Positions 38,305-47,980 of a stretch of 64,000 nucleotides of DNA are shown in pieces. The notes under the pieces were generated by a model. The model had not been told where the DNA came from. It did no database searches and saw only the letters and a program-made list of their open reading frames with translations. The translations under genes were made by a program, and so were the position numbers. Position 1 is the stretch's first letter, and every line of letters begins with the position of its first letter. The stretch is from Candidatus Gastranaerophilales bacterium. GTDB taxonomy: Bacteria; Cyanobacteriota; Vampirovibrionia; Gastranaerophilales; Gastranaerophilaceae. The DNA is taken from contig CALUVN010000001.1 of assembly GCA_944324235.1 (NCBI GenBank), positions 331 through 64,330 on the forward strand. The letters are read 5' to 3'.

Positions 38305-38709
38305 ATGAAAAAAATATTAATATTAATTGCAATAATGTATCTCGGGGCGGGGAATGTATTTGCTTTACATGAAATAGACAGAGATGAGCTTAAATGTATT
38401 AACAGTACAAGCAGTTATAAAGAGATGATGGCCTGTACAAATAAAGCCCGCACACAATGGGAAGAAGAAATCGTAAAGTATTATCAAATGCTTATATCTG
38501 AACTTCCTGATCGGGAACAGCGGACACTCACAAGCTCTCAGAACCGCTGGGAAAAATATCGCGACGCGGAATTCAAAATGATAGATGAACTGCTTAAAAA
38601 GAAGGTGGCGATTGAAGGTAAAACCATTGCCTGCGGGTTGAAAAAGGATATTGTTAAAAACCGCGCAATCTATTTGAAAGATTATCACGAACTTTTTCAT
38701 GAAGATTAA
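38305..38709 (+). CDS. DUF1311/LprI-like periplasmic protein
   Basis: Signal peptide MKKILILIAIMYLGAGNVFA. It shows a C..C pattern plus QNRWEKYRDAEF, typical of the lysozyme-inhibitor LprI family. Confidence 0.6.
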   Translation: MKKILILIAIMYLGAGNVFALHEIDRDELKCINSTSSYKEMMACTNKARTQWEEEIVKYYQMLISELPDREQRTLTSSQNRWEKYRDAEFKMIDELLKKKVAIEGKTIACGLKKDIVKNRAIYLKDYHELFHED

Positions 38710-38759
38710 CCGCAAAAAATTTTTTTCACGTTTTTTTATCCGTATGAGGTCTCAAACAT

Positions 38760-40106
38760 ATGACATTAAAAATTAATCCGATAAATTTCAAATCAGGAAT
38801 ATCACAAAATCAACAATATTTATTTGTATCAAAACCGCAAACCGGCGAAGGACAGCGGCAATCTTCAACAAACGGCGCAAAAATTCTTGCGGGGATGTCG
38901 CTTGCAGGTGTTGTCGGTTTGAGTATTGTTACAATCAATCAGAGAAAAAATTTGCAGAAACTTCAGCAAATAATTACGGAAAGTGCAGAAAAAGCCAAAA
39001 ATAACATTCAAATTCCCGAGAAAGAAGAAGTTATCCCGTATGTTGTGAAAAAGTTTGAAGAGACATCACTTTACGGTGCATTTAAAGAAAGCGGCAAAAA
39101 TTTCATAGATTTTATATCAAATGTGCATGCACCTGAAAACGTAAAGGAATTTTTGTTCGGTATAACTTCCGATGAAAAAGTGAGCGGTGATTTTATTCGC
39201 GAGATAACGCAAAACCCGCGTGAAAGCTTTAAAAATACAAAAATTCTGATTGATGCCGCAGGCGGCGAGAATAATCTTCTGGATTGGCTTCATGCACCTG
39301 AAGGGTACAATAACGCTTACCAAAAATATTTGACAAAAATGCTTAATGCACCTGAAACCAAGATTGAGGATTTAATTGAAATTTCGCCAAACTGGCATCT
39401 GTTTGTATTCCTTTATAAAACAGGAAATCAGGGAGTTAAAAATATCCGCTGGGGGCAATTGCCGGAAGATTTTCAAGCTCTTGGCGACTTCGGTCACTTT
39501 GTCAACTGGATATTTAACAAACAGGACTATTCACAAATTTACGAATACAGCGGGAAATATATGAAAATTCAGCCGCTGAAGGCAGGTCTGTCGGGGAAAT
39601 CCCCTTTGAAACTTCAATTCTGCACTTCTGACGGCAAATTGTTAAATAAACCTTACATAATTAAGAAAGAGTTCTGTCCGTCAAGCCAGAATGACCATAT
39701 AAATCAGGCCTACCGTTCGGATTCGGTTTTTATCAACGCTCAGCTGGACTATTATCTCTCACGTCATAAATCGCCTAATATACCTGAATTTCATTATTAT
39801 GACTGCAGTGTTAATGCTGCGTTATACGATTTTATTGAAGGAGAAAACTATACAGCTTCTTCAAATATCATAGAAGTAAACAGAGCAATGAAAGATTTGA
39901 ATAAACTCGGTGTATTTTATAATGACTGTAAAGGTACAGGCAATATTCTTATAGATAATGGTGTTATGAAAATAATTGACAGCGGGGAATCATATTTTCA
40001 CGATGTATTGCGTCCTCCGTGCTCGGTGCTGCATTTTGAACTTCCGAACTGGTGCGGCAACCGTATTGAAAATTTAACACTGAACAAATTATTCGGAGAC
40101 TGTTAA
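38760..40106 (+). CDS. Membrane-anchored orphan protein with protein-kinase-like C-terminal domain
   Basis: N-terminus is MTLKINPINFKSGIS, with one TM (ILAGMSLAGVVGLSIVTI). In the C-terminal domain, AGLSGKS is Gly-loop-like, YIIKKE is VAIK-like, YNDCKGTGNILID is catalytic-loop-like (D..N) and IIDSGES is DFG-like. Confidence 0.45.
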   Translation: MTLKINPINFKSGISQNQQYLFVSKPQTGEGQRQSSTNGAKILAGMSLAGVVGLSIVTINQRKNLQKLQQIITESAEKAKNNIQIPEKEEVIPYVVKKFEETSLYGAFKESGKNFIDFISNVHAPENVKEFLFGITSDEKVSGDFIREITQNPRESFKNTKILIDAAGGENNLLDWLHAPEGYNNAYQKYLTKMLNAPETKIEDLIEISPNWHLFVFLYKTGNQGVKNIRWGQLPEDFQALGDFGHFVNWIFNKQDYSQIYEYSGKYMKIQPLKAGLSGKSPLKLQFCTSDGKLLNKPYIIKKEFCPSSQNDHINQAYRSDSVFINAQLDYYLSRHKSPNIPEFHYYDCSVNAALYDFIEGENYTASSNIIEVNRAMKDLNKLGVFYNDCKGTGNILIDNGVMKIIDSGESYFHDVLRPPCSVLHFELPNWCGNRIENLTLNKLFGDC

Positions 40107-40134
40107 AAATTTTTGCGGCGGTATGAATTCTGAA

Positions 40135-40677
40135 TTACGGCAGGAGGGCTTTTACGGCAAGTATAATCAGGATTAAACCGCCTGAAATTTCGAGGTATTT
40201 TGACGGAAAAGATTTGAAAAAATTCCCGAACCAGAAACCTGCCATAGACATTAGAAATGATGCACATCCTATGATTAATGCTGAAAGCAGAAGAGGAGTG
40301 CCGGTAAAATTCAAACTTGCTCCGGCAACCAGCGCATCAATGCTTGTTGCAAGTCCCATTCCGAGCAGACATTTTAATCCTATACAGCAAATCCCGTCTT
40401 CTTTTTCCTCAAACGCTTCAAAAATAAACTTCAACCCGAGTATTAAAAATATTCCGAATACAAGCCACTGGCTGAAGGATTCAACATATTTATGAATAAC
40501 ATCCGCGCCCGTATAACCTATAACCGGCATCAATCCCTGAAATAAACCCATTGTAAGAGCAAGCGCAAGCGAGTTTTTGGTTCGTTTTGAAGTGAAGATT
40601 AACCCCTGTGAAAACGAGACCACAAGACAGTCTATACCGAGTGCTATTGCCAGAAATATTAATGCCGGAATGCTCAT
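40135..40677 (-). CDS. mntP: Manganese efflux pump MntP
   Basis: Duplicated DUF204 halves with GIDCLVVSFSQG and SIDALVAGASL. Confidence 0.85.
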   Translation of the reverse strand: MSIPALIFLAIALGIDCLVVSFSQGLIFTSKRTKNSLALALTMGLFQGLMPVIGYTGADVIHKYVESFSQWLVFGIFLILGLKFIFEAFEEKEDGICCIGLKCLLGMGLATSIDALVAGASLNFTGTPLLLSALIIGCASFLMSMAGFWFGNFFKSFPSKYLEISGGLILIILAVKALLP

Positions 40678-41999
40678 AAAGTTACCTCTACCTCAAAACG
40701 TCTGTTCCACGGGAATTTGTACTCCGGAGTGAAATTGGTATCCAAAAATTTATTTACTCTTTCTTCAAAAGGATACATCGCATATTTTATTTCTGCTTCC
40801 TCAGACTGGCGAATGTTTGCCTGATAAGCCCAGTCATCAAGCAGGCGCACGGCTTCAAGCGCTTTAAAAGCCTCCTCATTATAGTTTTGTGCACAGAATT
40901 TGACTTTTGCCGCGCAAATCAGGCTTCCCAGCGTGTTGGCTGAAGTATTCCACGCCGAATATCCGTAAAAATTTTTATCACAGCCGCTTTTTAAAATCTG
41001 TTCGACAAAAGCATTATCCGCACCGTTAGCATAGCGTACGTCAGCAATCATATAAGGTTTTTCGCTCTTTTCCCATATTCCGTCGAACGGTTTTGTCGGG
41101 ACACCCATAACGATTTCGCCCTGTCTTTCCTCAAAATTATTCACGTAAAGAATAATATCAGCATCTTCTACCGATGCAACCTGACATCCTGCAAGTTCAA
41201 TCTGACCTGTTACGGATTTTTCTATTGAAACATCCTCGTAATTTGAAATAAGGTCTTTGCATTCCGGTGCAAGAAATACGGGGGCTGTTTTGATTGGTTG
41301 CCCGATTGCTCTTGCCAGCAGTGTCAGCGGAATTTCGTCCGCGCCTGTTTTTGTAAATCCTCCAAGTGCTTCAAGTGCCCGTGCTTCCTGTACATTGAAC
41401 CCGTATTCGGCACAATCGTCTTTGGAAAAGACAAGAGTGTCCAGAAGTCCTTCTTTTTGCCATTCAAGGTAAATTTTGTTTATCTCGAAATTGCGTTTGC
41501 GGCCTGCCATATAATCGTCAAGAATTTCAGACGGGATTACATTTGCGATGCAGCTTTCGCATCCGAGTTTGTGGGTCTGGTATGAGTAATCAAAAATTTT
41601 TTTGCCCCAGCGATTCCAGTAAACTTTTTCTTCTTCGTTTATATTGTTGTTTGAAATCCGCATTATACTTGAAAACGCATATATTTTTGCATGTTTTGAT
41701 TTCAGAATTTCTTTTAAGCATTCTATTCTGTCTTTGATTTCTTCAAAAGTTTCCTCAGAACGCCTTGACGGAATCAATCCTCCGTATGCAATCGTATCAA
41801 GAGACAGAATTATTGCATCACATTGCGGAAGATTTTCAAGCCATTTAAACAGTCCGCTTATGTCCGCCTGCATAGTCAAATCTCCGAGCAGATTTCTTTC
41901 GGGAATGAAAAATTCTATATCCTTATCTATCCGTGTAATCTGCACAGGCAGCGTATAGCATACGGGTCTGTTATCTATCGGCAAAAATGCTATTTTCAT
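40674..41999 (-). CDS. DUF4127 family protein
   Basis: The N-terminal MKIAFLPIDNRPVCY signature and a length of about 440 aa. It overlaps mntP by 4 nt. Confidence 0.6.
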   Translation of the reverse strand: MKIAFLPIDNRPVCYTLPVQITRIDKDIEFFIPERNLLGDLTMQADISGLFKWLENLPQCDAIILSLDTIAYGGLIPSRRSEETFEEIKDRIECLKEILKSKHAKIYAFSSIMRISNNNINEEEKVYWNRWGKKIFDYSYQTHKLGCESCIANVIPSEILDDYMAGRKRNFEINKIYLEWQKEGLLDTLVFSKDDCAEYGFNVQEARALEALGGFTKTGADEIPLTLLARAIGQPIKTAPVFLAPECKDLISNYEDVSIEKSVTGQIELAGCQVASVEDADIILYVNNFEERQGEIVMGVPTKPFDGIWEKSEKPYMIADVRYANGADNAFVEQILKSGCDKNFYGYSAWNTSANTLGSLICAAKVKFCAQNYNEEAFKALEAVRLLDDWAYQANIRQSEEAEIKYAMYPFEERVNKFLDTNFTPEYKFPWNRRFEVEVTL

Positions 42000-42047
42000 T
42001 TCTTCATTATATGTTAAGATACAAAAAAGGCAAAAAGGTTAAAAAAT

Positions 42048-42707
42048 ATGACTGACAAAAATCCCGAAAAAATAAGAGAGATGTTTGATTTAATTGCTGA
42101 CCGCTACGATTTTATCAACAATATAATTTCGTTCGGAACTCACAAACGCGGGAAAAAACTTGCCGTAAAAAATCTTGAAATCCCAGAAGATTTAAAAATT
42201 CTGGATTTATGCACCGGAACAGGTGATTTGGCATATTTTTTGAGTAAACGCGGAAGAGTTACGGGGTTGGATTTTTCTTCTAAAATGCTCGCTGTTGCGC
42301 GCAAAAAAGTCCCTGATGCGGAATTTATCAAAGGTGATTGTACGAATCTTCCGTTCAATAATGCATCTTTTGATGTTGTCACAATCGGTTTCGGTCTCAG
42401 AAATATTGAAAATTCTGACCGCGCTATTGAAGAAATATGCCGTGTATTAAAGCCTGACGGGATTTTTATGCATCTTGATTTTAGTAACGCCAACCCGTTC
42501 GGAGATTTTGTGTTTGAAAAATTTGTACCTTTACTGGTGAAAATTTTTTACGGAAACACAGTACCTTACAAGTATCTTGTCCAATCTAAACAGGAGTATT
42601 TTAATCCGCAAAAACTCAAAGAAAAATTTGAATCGCACGGATTAAAATACGTCACACAAAAATTCTATGCACTCAATATGATGTGCGAAACCGTTATGAA
42701 ACGTTAA
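42048..42707 (+). CDS. ubiE: Demethylmenaquinone/ubiquinone methyltransferase UbiE/MenG
   Basis: FDLIADRYDFINNIISFGTHKRGKK and the SAM motif ILDLCTGTGD. Confidence 0.85.
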   Translation: MTDKNPEKIREMFDLIADRYDFINNIISFGTHKRGKKLAVKNLEIPEDLKILDLCTGTGDLAYFLSKRGRVTGLDFSSKMLAVARKKVPDAEFIKGDCTNLPFNNASFDVVTIGFGLRNIENSDRAIEEICRVLKPDGIFMHLDFSNANPFGDFVFEKFVPLLVKIFYGNTVPYKYLVQSKQEYFNPQKLKEKFESHGLKYVTQKFYALNMMCETVMKR

Positions 42708-43738
42708 ACTACCCGATACTTGCTGCTTCCTGCAAGTGAATCTTTGATTGCATTTATAGAAACATTCAAAATATAATCAATCGCATCCTGTGTTTCATAC
42801 GCAATATGCGGTGTTATTATTACGTTTGGAAGTTTTGTTATTTTCCTGACAATTTTGGCCTCTTCAAGACAGGTTAACCCTGTATCGCCCATATTTTCGG
42901 ACAAGTTTTCACAGTTGAACGAAATATCTTCACACTCCATTACGTCAAGTGCTGCACCGGCTGCTTTGCCGCTTTGCAGTGCTTTGGCCAGTGCTTTTAT
43001 ATCTATCAATTCTCCTCTGGATGTGTTGATAATTCTGACCCCTTCTTTCATTATTTCGAATTCTTTTTCTCCTATCATATGATAGTTGTCACCTGTATAC
43101 GGCAGATGTAATGTAATAATATCCGAATTTTTTAACAAATCATCAAGTTCCGTGTATTTGATATTCTGTTTTTCAATAAGTTCAAGACGCGGGTTTAAGT
43201 CATAGGCAAGTATATTCATCCCGAATGTCGAAAGATAATTGCAAAGATTTGCCCCGATTGAACCTGTTCCTATTACCCCGAGTGTCAAATACCCGAGATT
43301 TCTGCCTATAAAATTATATTTGCAGTATTCTTTATCTCTGATTGATAAATTGGCTGGTATAATGTTTCTCACAAGGGCAATCATTAATCCTATTGTGTAC
43401 TGGGCAACCGTTGTTGAACCGTAGTGTTCAACATTTACAAGCATAATATTACGTGCTTCGCAGGCTTTTTTATCAATATGATCAACACCTGTCGAACGGG
43501 TTGAAATTATCCGCAGGTTTTTGAATTGGCTTATTACTTCGCTATCCACGATTGAATCTATAAATACGCTGATTACAGCCGCTTGATTTTTTTCTTCGTC
43601 AGACAAATTTTTTACGGTCTCCCCGTTTAAGCTCTCTTTGTAAAAACTTATATCAAAATTTTTCAGGTCTTTTTCGTGACGTTTAAAGTAACTTTTTTCG
43701 GAATCCCTGTAATCAAAAATTAACATTTTTACTGACAT
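42704..43738 (-). CDS. D-isomer-specific 2-hydroxyacid dehydrogenase
   Basis: GVIGTGSIGANL NAD loop, NTSRGELID and ITPHIAY. Confidence 0.85.
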   Translation of the reverse strand: MSVKMLIFDYRDSEKSYFKRHEKDLKNFDISFYKESLNGETVKNLSDEEKNQAAVISVFIDSIVDSEVISQFKNLRIISTRSTGVDHIDKKACEARNIMLVNVEHYGSTTVAQYTIGLMIALVRNIIPANLSIRDKEYCKYNFIGRNLGYLTLGVIGTGSIGANLCNYLSTFGMNILAYDLNPRLELIEKQNIKYTELDDLLKNSDIITLHLPYTGDNYHMIGEKEFEIMKEGVRIINTSRGELIDIKALAKALQSGKAAGAALDVMECEDISFNCENLSENMGDTGLTCLEEAKIVRKITKLPNVIITPHIAYETQDAIDYILNVSINAIKDSLAGSSKYRVV

Positions 43739-43884
43739 AAATTTCTCCTTTTGATTAATTGTCCCAGAATTTATTGTTTATTCTATTGCTCTAAAGTTTA
43801 GTCCTGATGTATGAAATTTTGCCGCTTACGGTAATGAAATTACGCTAAAAATTTTTTATCCTGATAATGTGAAAGGAGTTCCAG

Positions 43885-44364
43885 ATGAAACACGATTTGA
43901 TAATAAGAGAACCTGATTTGTATTTCGACAGCATACATCAAGAATTAAATAATTTTCTACGTGATACGTTACTTATTAATTCATTTGCCAACCCGCTGAA
44001 TATAAAGAAAAAATCGACATGGCGTCCTGCCGTCGAGATTAAGCAAAATGACGCAAACTATAAAATAAAAGTCCAGCTTCCAGGTGTGCCGAAGGATAAC
44101 ATAGAAGTAGAACTGGACAACGATTTTATGACAATAACCGCCACAATAGAGGAAGAAAAAGAAGAAAAACAGGAACACGAAAAAAACGAAAGATACCACA
44201 CAAGCGAATTCCGCTACGGCAAATACCAGAGAACAATTTCGTTTGATACACCGGTTAAATGCGATGATGCAAAGGCTGTCTACAAAAACGGTGTGCTTAA
44301 CATCACAATTCCAAAACAGGAATCTATGCATAAAGAACCTAAAAAATTAACCATACAAGAATAG
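43885..44364 (+). CDS. Small heat-shock protein, Hsp20/alpha-crystallin family
   Basis: WRPAVEIKQNDANYKIKVQLPGVPKDNIEVELDNDFMTITA and NGVLNITIPK. Confidence 0.9.
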   Translation: MKHDLIIREPDLYFDSIHQELNNFLRDTLLINSFANPLNIKKKSTWRPAVEIKQNDANYKIKVQLPGVPKDNIEVELDNDFMTITATIEEEKEEKQEHEKNERYHTSEFRYGKYQRTISFDTPVKCDDAKAVYKNGVLNITIPKQESMHKEPKKLTIQE

Positions 44365-44372
44365 GAATAATT

Positions 44373-44477
44373 CGTCGCAGTTCTCCCGCGACTGTGCGGG
44401 CGTGCAAAGCAAGGCGATGAGTTCCGTAACATGACCGCAGGCGGGTCTGCACGATTACCTGTCTTAAATTTGCGGTC
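44373..44477 (+). other. GC-rich structured element between the hsp20 stop and its terminator (candidate sRNA or 3'UTR element)
   Basis: Locally GC-rich in an AT-rich genome. Complementary pairs are cccgc/gcggg (44385-89 / 44396-400), cgtgca/tgcacg (44401-06 / 44448-53) and gaccgca/tgcggtc (44433-39 / 44471-77). Confidence 0.3.
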
Positions 44478-44486
44478 AAAAAGAAG

Positions 44487-44512
44487 GAGGCGTTGTAATG
44501 ACGCCTCTTTTT
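44487..44512 (+). terminator. Intrinsic terminator
   Basis: Stem gaggcgt / acgcctc with a 7-nt loop, followed by cTTTTT. Confidence 0.65.
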
Positions 44513-44643
44513 ACCAAAAGAATTTAAGTATTTGTTGGAATTATTAATCGATATTAAGATTAATTTATTCTATGACCCATATTGTATAGAACATGTCCCA
44601 ATTTGTCAACAATATAGCCTTAAAACTATAAAATTAAAATATT

Positions 44644-44850
44644 ATGATTACTAACAGATTATCAGCCCTAATCGGCGAAAAAAGATTGAATATAAAAGAA
44701 GTATCAAGGCTGGCAAATCTTGATTATACAACAGTTTACAATTTATACCACGATAAAACGACCCGTGTTGACTTTAGAACCATAGACAGATTGTGCTGGG
44801 TGCTTGATTGTACGACTCAGGACATATTACGCTATACGGCCGATGAATAG
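44644..44850 (+). CDS. XRE/Cro-type helix-turn-helix protein (68 aa)
   Basis: The HTH is LNIKEVSRLANLDYTTVYNLY. DRLCWVLDCTTQDIL is typical of the short YozG-like XRE family. Confidence 0.75.
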   Translation: MITNRLSALIGEKRLNIKEVSRLANLDYTTVYNLYHDKTTRVDFRTIDRLCWVLDCTTQDILRYTADE

Positions 44851-44911
44851 AGAATAAATTTAATGTAACAACAATTTATTTATATTCTGCAAATTAAACA
44901 AAATATGATGA

Positions 44912-45439
44912 TTATTCTTCTTCAAGAATTTCAATCGCTGTTTTCAGTGCAAGTTCGCTGAACTTATATTTCATAATACGTCTGCCAAGTGTCGGATTTA
45001 AGCTGAACTCCCTTATAACAAGTTTATCGTGGTATTTTACGGCAACAAAAATGAGACCTACCGGTTTTAGTGTAGTACCTCCCGAAGGGCCTGCAATGCC
45101 AGTTGTACATATCGCAACATCACATTCTGTACGCCGCATAAGTCCCTGTGCCATTTCAAACGCACATTCACTGCTTACTGCCCCATAGTTTTGAAGAGTT
45201 TCATTTGTAACTCCTAGAATCCGATGTTTAATCTCATTGGCGTAAGTTACATAACCTTCCCTAAAGTAGTCCGAACTTCCGGACACATCTGTTATTCTTG
45301 ATGCAACCAGCCCGCCGGTACAGGATTCCGCAGTCGAGACCGTTAAAGATTTTTCTTTTAGAATTCTGCCGAGTTTTTCTTCTGTCACGGTATTTTTTAT
45401 GCTGAAGAAGTATTTAATATTTTCAAAAAGTTTATTCAT
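44912..45439 (-). CDS. pncC: CinA C-terminal domain protein / nicotinamide-nucleotide amidase
   Basis: LTVSTAESCTGGLVASRITDVSGSSDYF and TGIAGPSGG. Confidence 0.8.
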   Translation of the reverse strand: MNKLFENIKYFFSIKNTVTEEKLGRILKEKSLTVSTAESCTGGLVASRITDVSGSSDYFREGYVTYANEIKHRILGVTNETLQNYGAVSSECAFEMAQGLMRRTECDVAICTTGIAGPSGGTTLKPVGLIFVAVKYHDKLVIREFSLNPTLGRRIMKYKFSELALKTAIEILEEE

Positions 45440-45532
45440 ATTTTTACTCTAAAAATATTCGTAAAATTTGTCAATTATTCATGTTTACGATTTTTAAATA
45501 AACCTTGTCATTATAAAATTGATTATAATATC

Positions 45533-46939
45533 ATGTGTGGTAAGGAGCATGGAAAAAGCATGGCAGTTAATACAAAAAAACAAACTAACGATCTGAATCT
45601 TTTACCTCAAAATATAGAAGCTGAAGAGGCAATTCTGGGTGCAATTCTTGTTAATCCGGATTGTATTACAAAAATTGTGGAACATTTAAAACCGGAAAGT
45701 TTTTATAAACCGGCCCACAGATTTGTGTATGAAGCCATGCTGGAACTGTTTAATAGCAACGACAGAATTGATATCGTATCAGTTTCCGATGTTCTGAATT
45801 ACAATCAAAAGCTTGATATAGTCGGCGGACGTGCATTTATTAATGATTTAAGCTACAAAACAATCACAACTTCCAATGTGGAATATTATGCCAGAATAGT
45901 TCAGGAAAAAGCCATCAAAAGAGCTTTAATCAACGCAGGTTCGGAAATAGTATCTTTCGGATATGACGTGAACCCTATTGATGAATCTCTGGACAGCGCT
46001 GAAAAATTAATCTTTGATATAGCGGCAAATAAAGCAACCAGTGATCTTGTTCACGCAAAAGATTTAGTTTTAAAAGCTTATGAAAACATAGAATACCGCT
46101 ATGAGCATCAGGACGAACTTTTGGGAACACCGACAGGTTTTTATGATTTGGATGATACCCTGAACGGCTTGCAAAAGTCAGATTTGATTATACTTGCGGC
46201 CCGTCCTTCAATGGGTAAAACTGCATTTGCACTGAATATTGCACAAAATGTTGCAATAAGAGCAAAAGTTCCTGTCGCAATATTTTCTCTTGAAATGTCA
46301 AAAGACCAGCTTATGCACAGAATGCTATGTTCTGAAGCGGAAGTCGATTCCCAGCGTCTTAAAACAGGGAATATGCAGAGCAAAGACTGGGAAAAACTCG
46401 CAAACGCAATGAATGAATTTTCTCAAGCTCCTATATACATAGATGATACATCAGGCTGTACTATTACGGATATTCGTGCGAAATGCAGACGTTTGAAAAT
46501 GCAGGAAAAAAATTTGGGTCTTGTCCTGATAGATTACTTGCAGCTTATGGAGGGTTCTGGCAGAGAAGATCGTATGCAGCAGATTTCTGCCATATCAAGA
46601 GGGTTGAAAATTCTCGCCAAAGAACTTGACGTTCCTGTAATAGCACTTTCTCAGCTTTCCCGTGCTGTTGAATCCAGAACCGACAAACGTCCGATGCTTT
46701 CGGATTTGAGAGAATCAGGCGCAATCGAACAGGACGCAGATATTGTAATGTTTATTTACCGTGATGAATACTACCGCAAAACCGAAGACGGAGAAGAAGA
46801 AGTTCAAAGAGCCGAAACCAAAGGCGAATCCGAAATTATTATCGCAAAACACAGAAACGGCGGTTTGGGTACTATCAAACTTATCTTTCAAGGTAATATT
46901 ACAAAATTCAAAAATCCTATTAAAACAAATGTGTTTTAA
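45533..46939 (+). CDS. dnaB: Replicative DNA helicase DnaB
   Basis: LPQNIEAEEAILGAIL, Walker A ARPSMGKTAFALN, IDYLQLM and SQLSRAVE. An alternative start is ATG 45560. Confidence 0.95.
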   Translation: MCGKEHGKSMAVNTKKQTNDLNLLPQNIEAEEAILGAILVNPDCITKIVEHLKPESFYKPAHRFVYEAMLELFNSNDRIDIVSVSDVLNYNQKLDIVGGRAFINDLSYKTITTSNVEYYARIVQEKAIKRALINAGSEIVSFGYDVNPIDESLDSAEKLIFDIAANKATSDLVHAKDLVLKAYENIEYRYEHQDELLGTPTGFYDLDDTLNGLQKSDLIILAARPSMGKTAFALNIAQNVAIRAKVPVAIFSLEMSKDQLMHRMLCSEAEVDSQRLKTGNMQSKDWEKLANAMNEFSQAPIYIDDTSGCTITDIRAKCRRLKMQEKNLGLVLIDYLQLMEGSGREDRMQQISAISRGLKILAKELDVPVIALSQLSRAVESRTDKRPMLSDLRESGAIEQDADIVMFIYRDEYYRKTEDGEEEVQRAETKGESEIIIAKHRNGGLGTIKLIFQGNITKFKNPIKTNVF

Positions 46940-46976
46940 TTGAATTGCAGTAATAATGACAGTGCTGCCTGTAAGA

Positions 46977-47882
46977 TTACATCATCACAACTTCAGCAAG
47001 CAGTCCGGCGTGTTTTTTGAGCAGCATATCTCCGAAAACATCAGGATCAATCTGCGTGATAACCATTGATAATAAGTCATTTGGCAATTCTTGAAGCATT
47101 TTTATCATTTCTTCTTTTTCTATGACTTCAAGTGCTTTTACAACATGAGGTTTTTGTTTATAAGTATTTATAATATTTGTATATTCTTCAGGCGCAAAGA
47201 GCTGATACAGTTCAGGATTTTCTTTGCATAATGAAAGCATCAGCTGTTGTTTTTGTACCGGCTGCATACCTATTAATGCATCCTTATATTCCATAGGATT
47301 AAAATTTTCTATCTGTTTAATCATGCCAAGGCTGTCCATCTCTTCAAGAGGTTTGCCGGTGACATTTTCAATCATTTGTGCAAGATATTCGGGAGGAATT
47401 GATTTTAAGTGTTCAAGTACTTTATTTTTCTCAAGTTCCGGCCCTGTTAAAACTTTGTCTATCTGGTCTTCAGGCATATATTGGATAATTTCTTCCTGAG
47501 AAAACATTTCAAATACTGCATTAACAAGCTGTTCAGGCGGTAAATCTTCCATCATGTCAAGCAATTTATCCATTGAAAAATACATTAATCCCTGTTGAAG
47601 ATCTTTTTCTTCCATTAAAGGTAAAAATTCTGCCAGTTGTTGTGCAGTCATCTGTGAAAGTATCATATACTTATTTTGAGGATCGGCAAGCTTAAAGATT
47701 TCAACCAGAAACGCAACGTTTGTGTACATTTCATTAACAATCTGAATAGCAGCCTGATTACCTGCAGCCGCTTCGGCTTCCAGAATTTCATCAACGGTTT
47801 TTGTACCGTACTCTAAAAGTTTCTGCGGAGTAAGGTTCAATTTATTTATTAAATAATTGTAATCACCGTCTATGACTAGCAT
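46977..47882 (-). CDS. Hypothetical acidic helical-repeat protein (MgtE-N/FliG-like repeats?)
   Basis: 301 aa. It has repeated L..QL.EFL..M.E.DL / LPPEQL / IPPEYLAQMIE helices. No catalytic motif. Confidence 0.3.
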   Translation of the reverse strand: MLVIDGDYNYLINKLNLTPQKLLEYGTKTVDEILEAEAAAGNQAAIQIVNEMYTNVAFLVEIFKLADPQNKYMILSQMTAQQLAEFLPLMEEKDLQQGLMYFSMDKLLDMMEDLPPEQLVNAVFEMFSQEEIIQYMPEDQIDKVLTGPELEKNKVLEHLKSIPPEYLAQMIENVTGKPLEEMDSLGMIKQIENFNPMEYKDALIGMQPVQKQQLMLSLCKENPELYQLFAPEEYTNIINTYKQKPHVVKALEVIEKEEMIKMLQELPNDLLSMVITQIDPDVFGDMLLKKHAGLLAEVVMM

Positions 47883-47960
47883 GGGTACTATTATCCTGTA
47901 ATTATACTCTCATACATATAATAACGTTTTTCGGTATATAAAATTGCTATAACAAAGAAA

Positions 47961-47980
47961 TTTGTAACAATTTGTAACGT
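47961..47980. repeat. Tandem decamer tttgtaacaa/tttgtaacgt upstream of ferritin (third copy cttgtaac at 48027-48034)
   Basis: Read directly from the sequence. It lies 55-130 nt upstream of the ferritin ATG. Confidence 0.3.

Noticed and set aside
44413-44464. GGCGAUGAGUUCC...UAAC...hairpin...GAUUACCU resembles the start of a fluoride (crcB) riboswitch.
   Set aside because: The closing CGCC of P1 and the pseudoknot partner (ACUCC-type) are missing. The element lies 3' of hsp20, not 5' of a fluoride transporter.
44498-44527. A 9-codon ORF (MTPLFTKRI) has a perfect AAGGAGG SD.
   Set aside because: The SD and ATG are the two arms and loop of the hsp20 terminator hairpin, so this is most likely coincidental.
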